NCBI GenBank assembly: GCA_023474425.1
Contig: JAMCXX010000003.1
Coordinates: 21,712 to 85,711, forward strand
Length of the DNA stretch: 64,000 nt
Source: Patescibacteria group bacterium
GTDB lineage: Bacteria; Patescibacteriota; WWE3; JAMCXX01
Direction: 5' to 3'
In this document: piece after piece, positions 49,105-57,401 of the stretch
Position numbering within the stretch: the first letter of the stretch is position 1
Layout of the letters: each line of letters begins with the position of its first letter
Position numbers and translations under genes: made by a program
The notes under the pieces: generated by a model
What the model was told of the DNA's origin: nothing
The model's database searches: none
What the model saw: only the letters and a program-made list of their open reading frames with translations

Positions 49105-49930
49105 AAGACACATTAGTCATGTTTTTATGTACCACTTTTTTTCAAATTTCGAGCTTACAAGCTTATTAACTTATTGCTTAGTTCTTGCCTTCGGTGCCTG
49201 TGTCGGCTCTTTTTTAAACGTGGTGATTGACCGTTTTCCGGCTGGCCAATCAATTCTTGGACGCTCTCGGTCGGATTGTTGCGCGCGAACTTTGGGTGTT
49301 TGGGATTTAATTCCCATCTTAAGTTTTATGTTTTCGAGAGGAAGGTGCCGATATTGTAACCATCATCTTTCTTTTTATTATCCCTTAGTTGAGGCATCAG
49401 CGGCGATTTTGACTTTGATTTTCTATCTTATTTTTCCTCTCCCTCACTTTGTTTTTTATGCCGTAAACGGCTACTTTTTAATTATCTATTTTTTTATGGA
49501 CCTTAAGTACGGTTTGGTTTCTTCGGCGGTTTTCTCTTTAAATATTTTTTTTACCGTTTCTTGCCTACTTTACCTTTTATACCGTCGCGAGCTCAGCCTT
49601 GCCCAAATGGAGCTAACGGCGGTTTCCGGCTTTATTCTCGCCTTGTTTTTCTTATTCTTAATCTTAATGACGCGGGGTCGGGGCATGGGTTTGGGCGATA
49701 TTCTTTTGGTTTTGGCGCTTTCCCTTTTTCTGGGTTTTCCTCTTTCTCTGGTTATGATTTTCTTAAGTTTCTTTTTAGGTGGTCTAGCGTCAATCTTTTT
49801 ACTTCTACTTGGTAAAAAGAAAATTGGCCAGACGGTTCCCTTTGGTCCGTTTCTTACCCTCTCGTCTCTGCTTGCTTTGTTTTGGGGTAATGTTTTAATT
49901 AACTTTTATCTGCGTTATCTTTTAGGGTAG
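49100..49930 (+). CDS. pilD: prepilin peptidase (A24 family)
   Basis: GACVGSFLNVVIDRFP. Cys pairs DCC...CRYC. Catalytic Asp regions GRGMGLGD and PFGPFL. Start may be the ATG at 49127 instead of 49100. Confidence 0.85.
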   Translation: MTRHISHVFMYHFFSNFELTSLLTYCLVLAFGACVGSFLNVVIDRFPAGQSILGRSRSDCCARTLGVWDLIPILSFMFSRGRCRYCNHHLSFYYPLVEASAAILTLIFYLIFPLPHFVFYAVNGYFLIIYFFMDLKYGLVSSAVFSLNIFFTVSCLLYLLYRRELSLAQMELTAVSGFILALFFLFLILMTRGRGMGLGDILLVLALSLFLGFPLSLVMIFLSFFLGGLASIFLLLLGKKKIGQTVPFGPFLTLSSLLALFWGNVLINFYLRYLLG

Positions 49931-49951
49931 CGCATATAAGTACTATAGAAA

Positions 49952-50407
49952 ATGAAAGAAGGTTTTACTCTCATAGAGCTTATGGTGGTTATTGCCATCG
50001 TCGGAATTCTGGTGGTGGTGGTAATTATTACCCTAAACCCCGCCCAAAGGGTCGGAGATGCCCAAAAAGCAGCCATTTCCGCTCAGACTTCCGCTTTGGG
50101 TTCTATTTACGAACTCTGTTTAAATTATGTTGACACGCAGGCGGTGCCGGCGGTGCAAAACTCACCAGCTGATTGCGGTTTCACCGGTTCGCCGAACTCC
50201 ACGTTTATTAACAACTTAACCACGACCGCCCCGGGCGCCCCTTTTTTGAAATCTCCGCCCAGCACGGGTAACTTTATTTTGACAGGAGCCGGTGTGATTA
50301 ATGTTACCGGTTGTATTAACGGTATTAGCGGCAGTTATTACGCTCAATTTCAAAGTTACAACAATAAGGTTCTGGTGGGAAGCGGCGACCCGCCGAATTG
50401 TCCTTAA
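49952..50407 (+). CDS. type IV pilin-like protein
   Basis: MKEG/FTLIELMVVIAIVGIL. Confidence 0.85.
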   Translation: MKEGFTLIELMVVIAIVGILVVVVIITLNPAQRVGDAQKAAISAQTSALGSIYELCLNYVDTQAVPAVQNSPADCGFTGSPNSTFINNLTTTAPGAPFLKSPPSTGNFILTGAGVINVTGCINGISGSYYAQFQSYNNKVLVGSGDPPNCP

Positions 50408-50409
50408 AG

Positions 50410-50444
50410 CATTTGACATTTGACATTTTACATTTGACAATTAA
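50410..50444. repeat. heptamer array CATTTGA CATTTGA CATTTTA CATTTGA CAATTAA (TTGA sense)
   Basis: Direct reading. Starts 3 nt after the stop of the 49952 pilin gene. Confidence 0.85.
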
Positions 50445-50452
50445 TCAGAGCG

Positions 50453-50938
50453 ATGACGAAGTCTAACCTTCAACTTTCAACTTTCAACTTTCAACTTATT
50501 CGTGGTTTCACCCTTATAGAGATGCTCGTGACCATCGCCATTATTGTAATTGTGTCTGGGGCACTGATTGTAGGTATTAATCCCACTAAAAGACTTCAAG
50601 ACGCGCAGGACGCCCGGGCCAAGCAAGATGTGCGGGCCATTGCGTCGGCGGTGGAATCTTGTATGTCTTATGTAAACCCCGCGACCAATACGGCCAACTC
50701 TAATGACCCGAATACAAACTGCAGTCCCGGTTCTAAGCTGGCGCCGGGAAGCACCACCCCAGGGTCCCCCTTCACTAGGGCGGCGCCGCCGAGCAATATT
50801 ATTTTCTTAACCAGCATTAGTAATACCAATGTTTGTTTTTACGAGCAGGGTAGCACCAATCCGGCCAACTACTGGGTTTATCAGACTAATACTGGATTGG
50901 TTCAAAGCCAATCAACCGTTCCAAACTCCTGTCCCTAG
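50453..50938 (+). CDS. type IV pilin-like protein with a long repeat-encoded leader
   Basis: MTKSNLQLSTFNFQLIRG/FTLIEMLVTIAIIVIV. Confidence 0.8.
   Translation: MTKSNLQLSTFNFQLIRGFTLIEMLVTIAIIVIVSGALIVGINPTKRLQDAQDARAKQDVRAIASAVESCMSYVNPATNTANSNDPNTNCSPGSKLAPGSTTPGSPFTRAAPPSNIIFLTSISNTNVCFYEQGSTNPANYWVYQTNTGLVQSQSTVPNSCP
50467..50497. repeat. heptamer array CCTTCAA CTTTCAA CTTTCAA CTTTCAA CTT (TCAA sense) inside the pilin leader
   Basis: Three perfect plus one variant unit, translated as NLQLSTFNFQL. Confidence 0.9.
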
Positions 50939-50962
50939 TTCTTTTATTTCTGATCAATACTC

Positions 50963-51394
50963 ATGAACAAACTAGAGCAAAGAAAATTACTTGGTTTTAC
51001 TCTAATCGAGCTCGTTGTTGTTATTTCAATTATTACTATTTTGGTTGGTTCCCTTTTTGCGGTAATACGACCGCAGGATTTCTTAAGTCGTAGCCGAGAC
51101 TCACGTCGCCAATCCGACCTTAAACTCATTCAAACGGCTTTAGAGCAGTACTATGCCAATAACAACAGCTACCCGTCGGCGACTCCCTTAGCCGGCTCGA
51201 GCTGGACCTATAATGGAGTTACCTACCTAAGAAGCGTGCCCAAGGACCCCAATGGCAACACCAACTATTGTTACAACTATAATTCTCCCAATTATGAGCT
51301 CTGCTCAAAGTTCGAGGGTCCCGTCCCATCTGGCTTCAGCTCTCCCGTCGCCTGTGGCGCTAATTTTAACGGCTGTCTCACCAACCCCTTCTGA
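50963..51394 (+). CDS. type IV pilin-like protein (GspG-like)
   Basis: MNKLEQRKLLG/FTLIELVVVISIITIL and SRRQSDLKLIQTALEQYYANNNSYP. Confidence 0.85.
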   Translation: MNKLEQRKLLGFTLIELVVVISIITILVGSLFAVIRPQDFLSRSRDSRRQSDLKLIQTALEQYYANNNSYPSATPLAGSSWTYNGVTYLRSVPKDPNGNTNYCYNYNSPNYELCSKFEGPVPSGFSSPVACGANFNGCLTNPF

Positions 51395-51464
51395 AGTTGA
51401 AAGTTGAGAGTGGAAAGTGGATAGTTAAAGAGTGGGTAAAAAATTTTCAACTTTCAATTTTTCC
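51395..51464. repeat. paired heptamer arrays flanking the next pilin start
   Basis: TTGA-sense array 51395-51436: AGTTGAA AGTTGAG AGTGGAA AGTGGAT AGTTAAA GAGTGGG. TCAA-sense array 51444-51464: TTTTCAA CTTTCAA TTTTTCC. Confidence 0.85.
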
Positions 51465-51953
51465 GCCGCGTTCACCCTCATTGAACTTCTCGTTGTCATT
51501 GCCGTCATAGGCGTTCTTTACGCCATTTCCATTGGCGTTCTTCAGCCGGATGTTCAGAAAAAAAGAGTCCGGGACGCGCAGCGCCTTGCCGATTTGGGTC
51601 GCCTGCAGTCGGTTATTGAAGCTTATATCTCCGACCACGGGGTGCCGCCGGACGTGAGCGGTTTGGTGAGAGTCAGCAATGTGCCGGTTAGTTCCGGTTC
51701 CAACCCTTCCCGTTCCGACGGCAGCGGTTGGCTGGGCGTAGACCTCTCCAGCTGGTTGGATAAATTGCCGGTCGACCCTCTGAACGCCGGTTCTTACGTC
51801 TATCGTTACGAACGGGTCGGCGGAAACTACGAACTCGACGCAGGTCTGGAATACTACACCAATTTAATGTTAGACAGCGCCCCGGGCGGCGACGGCGGCA
51901 ACAGCGATAATAGATTGGAAAAAGGCACGGATTTAACTATTTTGGGGAACTAG
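51432..51953 (+). CDS. type IV pilin-like protein with a repeat-encoded leader
   Basis: GTG start. MGKKFSTFNFSAA/FTLIELLVVIAVIGVL, with Ala rather than Gly at -1. Confidence 0.7.
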   Translation: MGKKFSTFNFSAAFTLIELLVVIAVIGVLYAISIGVLQPDVQKKRVRDAQRLADLGRLQSVIEAYISDHGVPPDVSGLVRVSNVPVSSGSNPSRSDGSGWLGVDLSSWLDKLPVDPLNAGSYVYRYERVGGNYELDAGLEYYTNLMLDSAPGGDGGNSDNRLEKGTDLTILGN

Positions 51954-51987
51954 AATTGACAATGGACAATGCACAATTGACAATTAA
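51953..51987. repeat. heptamer array GAATTGA CAATGGA CAATGCA CAATTGA CAATTAA
   Basis: Direct reading. Fills the spacer before the 51991 ORF. Confidence 0.85.
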
Positions 51988-51990
51988 CTT

Positions 51991-52350
51991 GTGAGTGAAC
52001 GGGGTAAAGACATCCTCGAAAGGTCAAAGCGTTTTGCCATTAAGATAATTAAATTGTCGGGACACTTGCCAAGAACTCCCGCCGGGTTTGTGATTGCCGA
52101 ACAACTTATCGGATGTGGGACTTCAGTTGGTGCGAACACCGTTGAAGCACAAGATGCCTCATCGAGAAAAGACTTTATTAATAAGATGAGTATTGCCCTG
52201 AGAGAGTGCCGAGAGTCTAAGTATTGGTTGAGTATTATTCAGTAGTCAGGTTTATTGAGAGGAGACGAATTAATGTTATTGATTGAGGAAAGTAATCAAC
52301 TTTGCGCTATTTATTCTGCAATTGTAAAAAATGCGAGAAATCATCAATAG
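51991..52350 (+). pseudogene. four-helix-bundle protein (23S rRNA IVS protein / Avd-like family) interrupted by an in-frame TAG
   Basis: RSKRFAIKIIKL...GTSVGANTVEAQDASSRKDFINKMSIALRECRESKYWLSII-Q-TAG(52243-52245)-SGLLRGDELMLLIEESNQLCAIYSAIVKNA. Both parts are in the same frame. Confidence 0.6.
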
Positions 52351-52966
52351 CTCCCAACACACCTGCTTGTATCACAAAGGAACTGGTCGTTCGGATAATT
52401 TATCAATTCTCAATTCTCAATTCTCAATTTCCTCCGCCTTTACGCTAATTGAACTTTTGGTGGTTATTTCTATAATTGCCATCCTCACCGCCGGAGCTAT
52501 TCCCTCATTTAGCGGATTTACAAGGTCACAAGCCCTGATTCAAAGTTTTAAGAACTTAAAATCGGATTTAAGAGTGGCTCAAAGTCGTTCTCTTTCCGGT
52601 GCGGCTGTTGCCAAGGGCGGTGTGCCCACCGCCCAAGCCTGGGGCGTACACCTAACTCAAGGGAGTCTAACCTACAGTCTTTTTAGTTGTGACCCGGTGG
52701 CAACGGTTAGCCAATATTACCAATATAATTTTTTGGCCTGTACATCTGTTGGGGGGTATAACAAAACTGTCAATTTGGGTGCTAATGTAAAAATATTGAC
52801 GCTCTCCGCAAATCCCCTGGACGTAGTTTTTGATTCCCAGAACGGTGCCATTGTAGTAAACGGGGCTTCGATTTCTTCGAACGTTATTATTACACTGGAC
52901 TATTCCTCCGGAGGTAGTTCGCCCCAAACTATTACTATTACTCCTCAAGGCGGGATTTCCGATTGA
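52331..52966 (+). CDS. minor pilin-like protein (GspH/FimT-like); start uncertain
   Basis: ...LSILNSQFSISSA/FTLIELLVVISIIAILTAGAIPSF. The only ATG upstream is 52331, which overlaps the pseudogene tail. Confidence 0.65.
   Translation: MREIINSSQHTCLYHKGTGRSDNLSILNSQFSISSAFTLIELLVVISIIAILTAGAIPSFSGFTRSQALIQSFKNLKSDLRVAQSRSLSGAAVAKGGVPTAQAWGVHLTQGSLTYSLFSCDPVATVSQYYQYNFLACTSVGGYNKTVNLGANVKILTLSANPLDVVFDSQNGAIVVNGASISSNVIITLDYSSGGSSPQTITITPQGGISD
52400..52434. repeat. heptamer array TTATCAA TTCTCAA TTCTCAA TTCTCAA TTTCCTC inside the minor-pilin leader
   Basis: Direct reading. Translated as LSILNSQFSIS. Confidence 0.9.
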
Positions 52967-53577
52967 GGAAGTTGAAAATTGAAAATGTAAAGTGGAAAAT
53001 TAAAAGTATGAGGTTAAAAATTTCCGTCTGGGGCGGACAAGCCTTTGGCCGGGAAAAGGGAAAATGGAAAGTTAAGGTGACCGGAGGCCGACATTCAATT
53101 GTCAATTCTAAATTGTCAATTCTAAATTTTTCCGGTCAGACTCTTATTGAAACAGTTGTGGCCCTAGCTGTAGTTATTGTACTCGTTGCTTCCCTGCTCT
53201 CCGTTTCCATCGTCAGCGTGCGCAGTGCTACCCTTTCCCGTAATCAGGCCGTTGCTTCACAGCTGGCATATAAAGAGTTGGAAAACGTACGCAATGCCCG
53301 CGATTCAAGCCCAACCTGGTCCTCTTTTTATAATCAGTTCGTGAGTGGAATCTGCACCTCAACCTGCTACACCTCTTGTAACTCCGCCAGCTGCACCCTT
53401 TACTCTTCGGGGGTTAAAACCGTTACGGCCAACGATGTAGGCACAACTTTTACCGTTTCCATAAGCGGCTCCGCTATCTCGTCCGATACCATTCAAGCTA
53501 AATCAAGCGTCGGCTGGACCGATTCGTCTGGAACCCACACGCAAGTTTTGGTAACCAAATTCACCGCCTGGCAATAA
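52963..53577 (+). CDS. minor pilin-like protein (PilV-like); N-terminal ~55 aa are repeat-encoded and the true start is uncertain
   Basis: ...SIVNSKLSILNFSG/QTLIETVVALAVVIVLVASLL with Glu+5. Confidence 0.6.
   Translation: MRKLKIENVKWKIKSMRLKISVWGGQAFGREKGKWKVKVTGGRHSIVNSKLSILNFSGQTLIETVVALAVVIVLVASLLSVSIVSVRSATLSRNQAVASQLAYKELENVRNARDSSPTWSSFYNQFVSGICTSTCYTSCNSASCTLYSSGVKTVTANDVGTTFTVSISGSAISSDTIQAKSSVGWTDSSGTHTQVLVTKFTAWQ
52968..53133. repeat. composite element: TTGA-sense heptamers, GC-rich centre, TCAA-sense heptamers
   Basis: 52968-53009: AAGTTGA AAATTGA AAATGTA AAGTGGA AAATTAA AAGTATG. Centre: GTCTGGGGCGGACAAGCCTTTGGCCGGG. 53092-53133: CATTCAA TTGTCAA TTCTAAA TTGTCAA TTCTAAA TTTTTCC. 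Confidence 0.75.
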
Positions 53578-53580
53578 TTT

Positions 53581-54111
53581 ATGAAAGGGTTTACCTTAAT
53601 TGAGCTTCTTATCGCTATTTTTGTAACCGTGATTATTTTTGCCGTTGCCGGTGATGTTCTCGTTTCTGTTTTAAGATCTTCGAACAAATCCAACATATTA
53701 AACGAAATTAGCCAGAACGCGGATTTTGTCTTAAACAGTATTGAGTCTACCGCCCGTAATGGCAAATGCGCCTATATGAGCAGCGGCAATTTGGTGATTG
53801 TTGACCAATTTAATCAGGTAAATATCTTTAGCTTCGGCCCAAATCCCAACGGGTCTGGTTCCAGCGTTTTTAAGCAGGCTGGGGTCGGGACGCCGGCGGC
53901 TCTGACCAACACCGATTTGGTCGGCGGTGTAGATGTTGATAGAAGCGCGTCTTCCTTTAATGTACTTTCAGATAATCCCTTAAGCTGTACGGCCAAGAGG
54001 CCTTTAATCCAGGTAGTGCTACGCCTTCGCCAGGCACCCAACGCCTCGTCACGCATTGATTACCAGGCCGGCTCCACTTTCTACAAGAGTATTGAAGTTA
54101 GAAATTACTAG
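53581..54111 (+). CDS. minor pilin-like protein (PilW-like)
   Basis: MKG/FTLIELLIAIFVTVIIFAVAG. Confidence 0.7.
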   Translation: MKGFTLIELLIAIFVTVIIFAVAGDVLVSVLRSSNKSNILNEISQNADFVLNSIESTARNGKCAYMSSGNLVIVDQFNQVNIFSFGPNPNGSGSSVFKQAGVGTPAALTNTDLVGGVDVDRSASSFNVLSDNPLSCTAKRPLIQVVLRLRQAPNASSRIDYQAGSTFYKSIEVRNY

Positions 54112-54114
54112 AAA

Positions 54115-54163
54115 GCAAGTAAGTTATAAGTTGGTAAGAATTAAGTTTGGAAAATTAGTTCTT
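54115..54163. repeat. degenerate period-7 AAGT-type units
   Basis: GCAAGTA AGTTATA AGTTGGT AAGAATT AAGTTTG GAAAATT AGTTCTT. GCAAGT (54115) / ACTTGC (54169) form an inverted repeat. Confidence 0.5.
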
Positions 54164-54236
54164 TGCAAACTTGCTGCTTAATTCTGTGACTCGAGTTGAC
54201 TTGGTACTTTTTAATCATTAGGATTGTTTTAGAAAG

Positions 54237-55124
54237 ATGAAACTTGCCCAGCCTTTATACCGCGGACAGACATTGGTAATAATACTTTTAAGCACCTCTG
54301 TGGCTTTGACCGTGGCTCTGGCCGTTTCCATAAGAACAATCAGTTCCTTAAAGCAAACAACTACTTCGACGAGAGCGCAAGCTTCGTTAGCTGCGGCCGA
54401 AGCGGGAGCCGAAGTAGCTCTGGATAGATTGAAAAATAACACCTGCGGTTCGGGAGCCAACGCCGGCAATTGCACGAGTGCTGACGACCCTGGCAATGTG
54501 AACGGCTGGATTATCCTTACCGATTCTTCCACCCAATATAAATATGCGGTTAGCTCTGTGGGCGGTTCCAATAGCGACCCCTATCTCATGGATCTGGCCA
54601 AAGACCAAACCCAGGAGGTGAAGCTTAATAACACTTTCAATAATCAACCGGTCCGGGTTTGTTGGTGGAATTCTTCGGCGGACGGCAGCGAAACGACGAA
54701 CGCTCTGGAGATAATTTATGCCGATGACGCCGGCCATATGGCCAAGTACGCATACAACGGTACGGCCCCTTCTTCGCCGGATGGTTTTGCCGTTGCTGGC
54801 GGCGGGGCAACTGTTAATTTTCCCTCTAGTGGTGCCAGTGTGAGCTTTAGCCATTGTGTAACTTTTACAGCGACCACTTCTGGCGGCAGCAATGCCAAAT
54901 TATTCCGACTTAAGGCGTTTTTCAGTAACTTTACCGCCGTCGCTGATAATTCCGTTTCCGGCAAGAGTTTTCCCGCCGAGGCTTATCAGATTTTATCCAC
55001 CGGACAGACAAGCGACGGCTCCGTTGTTAAAAAGGTTCGCGTAACCAAGTCGTTGCCGGCTCTGCCCGGCATGTTTGATTACGGGCTTTTTAGCGGCAGC
55101 GCTACCCAGCCTATTTCGAGGTAG
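54237..55124 (+). CDS. PilX-like pilus-associated protein
   Basis: N-terminus YRGQTLVIILLSTSVALTVALAV resembles the PilX_N signal-anchor. Follows the minor pilins. Confidence 0.55.
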   Translation: MKLAQPLYRGQTLVIILLSTSVALTVALAVSIRTISSLKQTTTSTRAQASLAAAEAGAEVALDRLKNNTCGSGANAGNCTSADDPGNVNGWIILTDSSTQYKYAVSSVGGSNSDPYLMDLAKDQTQEVKLNNTFNNQPVRVCWWNSSADGSETTNALEIIYADDAGHMAKYAYNGTAPSSPDGFAVAGGGATVNFPSSGASVSFSHCVTFTATTSGGSNAKLFRLKAFFSNFTAVADNSVSGKSFPAEAYQILSTGQTSDGSVVKKVRVTKSLPALPGMFDYGLFSGSATQPISR

Positions 55125-55129
55125 TCCAA

Positions 55130-55867
55130 ATGACGAAATTTTTGACTCCCCTATCCATTATTATTGCCGGGTTGATTATTGCCACTGCCATTATTTTTAC
55201 CAGCGATAAAGTAATCCTTCCGGATTTTTTACTTTTTAAAAACACCGCTAACCGTCAAGCGGCAACGGGGCCGGTAAGCCAAACGCCTAAGTTTGACCAG
55301 TGTATGGCGCAAAAGAAATATGTCCCGCAGCTTCAAAGTGAATCAAGCGCCGCTGCAGCCTTAGGGGTGAATGCTACACCCACAATTTTTGTTGACGGTA
55401 TTGTTTTTTCCAACTGGTATGATTACGCGTCCCTCAAGTCGTTTATTGAATTAGAGCTCAAGAAGGCAAACGGAGAGAAAGTTACCTTGCCCAAGGACTT
55501 GGCGGTCGTGCCCGTCAAAAAAGTTGATTTAGGTGGAAACCTGCCCTTAGGCAATCCTTCGGCTTCTGTTAAAGTGGTGGAATTCGGCGATTACCAGTGT
55601 CCCTACTGCGAACAGTTTTACAGTTCTGTTTTCCCCCAGCTTAAAAAGGACTTTATTGACACCGGAAAGGTGGAATTTGCCTTTCGCGATCTGGCCTTTT
55701 TGGGGCTGGAGTCAACCAACGCGGCTCTGGCGGCCAGTTGTGCTAATGAGCAGGGAAAATTCTGGGAGTACCACGACAAGCTTTACGGAAATCAAAAGGG
55801 CGAGAATCAGGGAGCCTTTAGCCTGGAAAATTTGAAGCGCTTTGCAGCTGAGTTGAGTTTGAAATAG
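55130..55867 (+). CDS. membrane-anchored DsbA/BdbD-like thiol:disulfide oxidoreductase with apparently permuted segment order
   Basis: TM anchor. CxxC active site VVEFGDYQCPYCEQF. CANEQGKFWEYHDKLY. The family's usual C-terminal segment (LGVNATPTIFVDG) lies N-terminal of the CxxC. Confidence 0.8.
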   Translation: MTKFLTPLSIIIAGLIIATAIIFTSDKVILPDFLLFKNTANRQAATGPVSQTPKFDQCMAQKKYVPQLQSESSAAAALGVNATPTIFVDGIVFSNWYDYASLKSFIELELKKANGEKVTLPKDLAVVPVKKVDLGGNLPLGNPSASVKVVEFGDYQCPYCEQFYSSVFPQLKKDFIDTGKVEFAFRDLAFLGLESTNAALAASCANEQGKFWEYHDKLYGNQKGENQGAFSLENLKRFAAELSLK

Positions 55868-55935
55868 CTGTCCGTATTTATCGCTCCCATACACTGTAGT
55901 ATGGGAGTGGTGGAGAAAAAAACAACAAAATAAAA

Positions 55936-55974
55936 AACCGGTCGCTTGGGTCAAGCGCCGGTTCTGTTTTTTTT
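55936..55974. terminator. bidirectional intrinsic terminator
   Basis: Stem AACCGGTCGCTTG / CAAGCGCCGGTT. T8 downstream and A6 upstream. Sits between convergent genes. Confidence 0.75.
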
Positions 55975-55988
55975 GCAGGTAGGCTTCC

Positions 55989-56717
55989 CTACTGGAATTT
56001 GACGAAAATGATTTGAACATTCCAGCAGGCGTTCGGATTTTCATCCCCCTGTTGGTTGTTGAAAGCCGCCTTGCCAGAGTTTGGATCCGAAAGCGGTTTT
56101 CCAGTGTTGTCAACTACCCAAACATATCTTACTTGGCCAGCGGCTGACCCGAAGGCGTTGACGATGAACGAGAAATAACCCGAATAGGTTCCGTCAAACC
56201 GCGCATCTTTAAGGTAGTGATCCTGCGTTTCGTAATCCGGCCCGGCGGGCGCGCCATTGGGGTCGGCGGACATTCTGACCTTCAGTCCGTCAATCCCACC
56301 GTGAGGGTCGGAATTTTCCAATACGAGCCCTTCCACGAAGGACAGCCCTGAATGGTAGCAGCGAACGCTATCTACCCGGAACGAATACGGAGATGCGGTT
56401 GGCACCGCTACTACAGCTGTGGGTTGAACCGGTACTGGTGTTCGTGTTTTTGTCGCTGCCGGTTTCCTGGTGGGTGCTTTCGTCGGTGTGGCAGTATTTG
56501 TTGGAGCAGGAGTTGGCGTCAAAGTACTTGTGGGCAGAGGTGTAAAGGTCGGTGCGGCAGTTCGGGTTGGCGGTTGCGTTGGCGTAGCTCTAAAATAAGC
56601 AACGGTGTTGACCGTGCGGCAAGACAGCGCCAAAGCCGCAAGAATCAGAAGAATGGCGAACTTAAGGTGCTTTTGATTTTTCACTTCTCTTGTCTCCTTT
56701 GGTTTATACTTCACCAC
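55989..56717 (-). CDS. hypothetical secreted protein with Thr/Pro-rich linker
   Basis: Signal-anchor, TPTxAPT repeats and a beta-rich C-terminal domain. Confidence 0.6.
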   Translation of the reverse strand: MVKYKPKETREVKNQKHLKFAILLILAALALSCRTVNTVAYFRATPTQPPTRTAAPTFTPLPTSTLTPTPAPTNTATPTKAPTRKPAATKTRTPVPVQPTAVVAVPTASPYSFRVDSVRCYHSGLSFVEGLVLENSDPHGGIDGLKVRMSADPNGAPAGPDYETQDHYLKDARFDGTYSGYFSFIVNAFGSAAGQVRYVWVVDNTGKPLSDPNSGKAAFNNQQGDENPNACWNVQIIFVKFQ

Positions 56718-56776
56718 AATGTAGTGGTGAAGTCGACGATTTAAGTTGAAGCCACCAAGGTTGATTTTGGTGGCTT

Positions 56777-57253
56777 CTAAAACCCCAGGGTGATTCTCAT
56801 GGCGTCGCGGATCTGCGGTAAAATTATTATATGTTCGACGCCAACATAGAGAACGAACATGAGCCAGGCCGGACGAAAGACCAAACCGCGGGCAAGCTCA
56901 ATGACGTCGTTCTCGTCTCGAGGCAGTATCAACCCTGTCACCCGCGAGAGCCACATAGTCGATGTTTCGACTACGAGAAAGAAAGCGACGGAGCCAAGAA
57001 ACCAAACCAGGATTCCGTTCGCTTGTCCGAAGAGATTAATCGCCAGGCCCGGTATGGCGCTTACTTCCCCGTAGTTGGGTTGGGCCAGGACGATTCGGGT
57101 CGAAACGGCGTCAATGATTGTAACGGCAATGAGCGCCGCCGTGGCCATAACTGTTACGCCATCAAGCCATGTTAGATACACCGTCCAGAGTTTTTTCAAC
57201 CAGTCCCAAGATTGGGAGTGGCTCTGTGGGACGGCAATATGATAAAGTGCCAT
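56777..57253 (-). CDS. hypothetical membrane protein (DUF5658-like by eye)
   Basis: 158 aa, 4 TM helices. IIDAVSTRIVLAQPNYGEVSAIPG segment. SD AAGGAGGG upstream. Confidence 0.5.
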   Translation of the reverse strand: MALYHIAVPQSHSQSWDWLKKLWTVYLTWLDGVTVMATAALIAVTIIDAVSTRIVLAQPNYGEVSAIPGLAINLFGQANGILVWFLGSVAFFLVVETSTMWLSRVTGLILPRDENDVIELARGLVFRPAWLMFVLYVGVEHIIILPQIRDAMRITLGF

Positions 57254-57361
57254 TTTGCCCTCCTTAGATCTTTTTTTGTTAGAGTTAGTTAAGCACGAAA
57301 ATTCCCCGGAGTCAAATTGCTATGAGATGTGCATCTGTGATGTATCGGAAGTTTGGAAAGT

Positions 57362-57396
57362 AAAAACCGAGAGTCTTTGAGGACGCTCGGTTTTTT
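57362..57396. terminator. intrinsic terminator downstream of the 57402 gene
   Basis: Stem CCGAGAG/CGCTCGG (one mismatch) flanked by A5 and T6 runs. Confidence 0.65.
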
Positions 57397-57401
57397 GATA
57401 T

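Noticed and set aside
51991-52350. Avd-like gene as a marker of a diversity-generating retroelement targeting the pilins.
   Set aside because: There is no reverse transcriptase ORF and no template/variable repeat pair with adenine-specific differences in the window. The internal repeats of the 59738 gene differ at all base types.
50410-53133. Repeat arrays in the pilin block considered as a CRISPR array.
   Set aside because: The period is 7 nt with no unique spacers of 25-40 nt, the arrays are translated or very short, and no cas genes are present.
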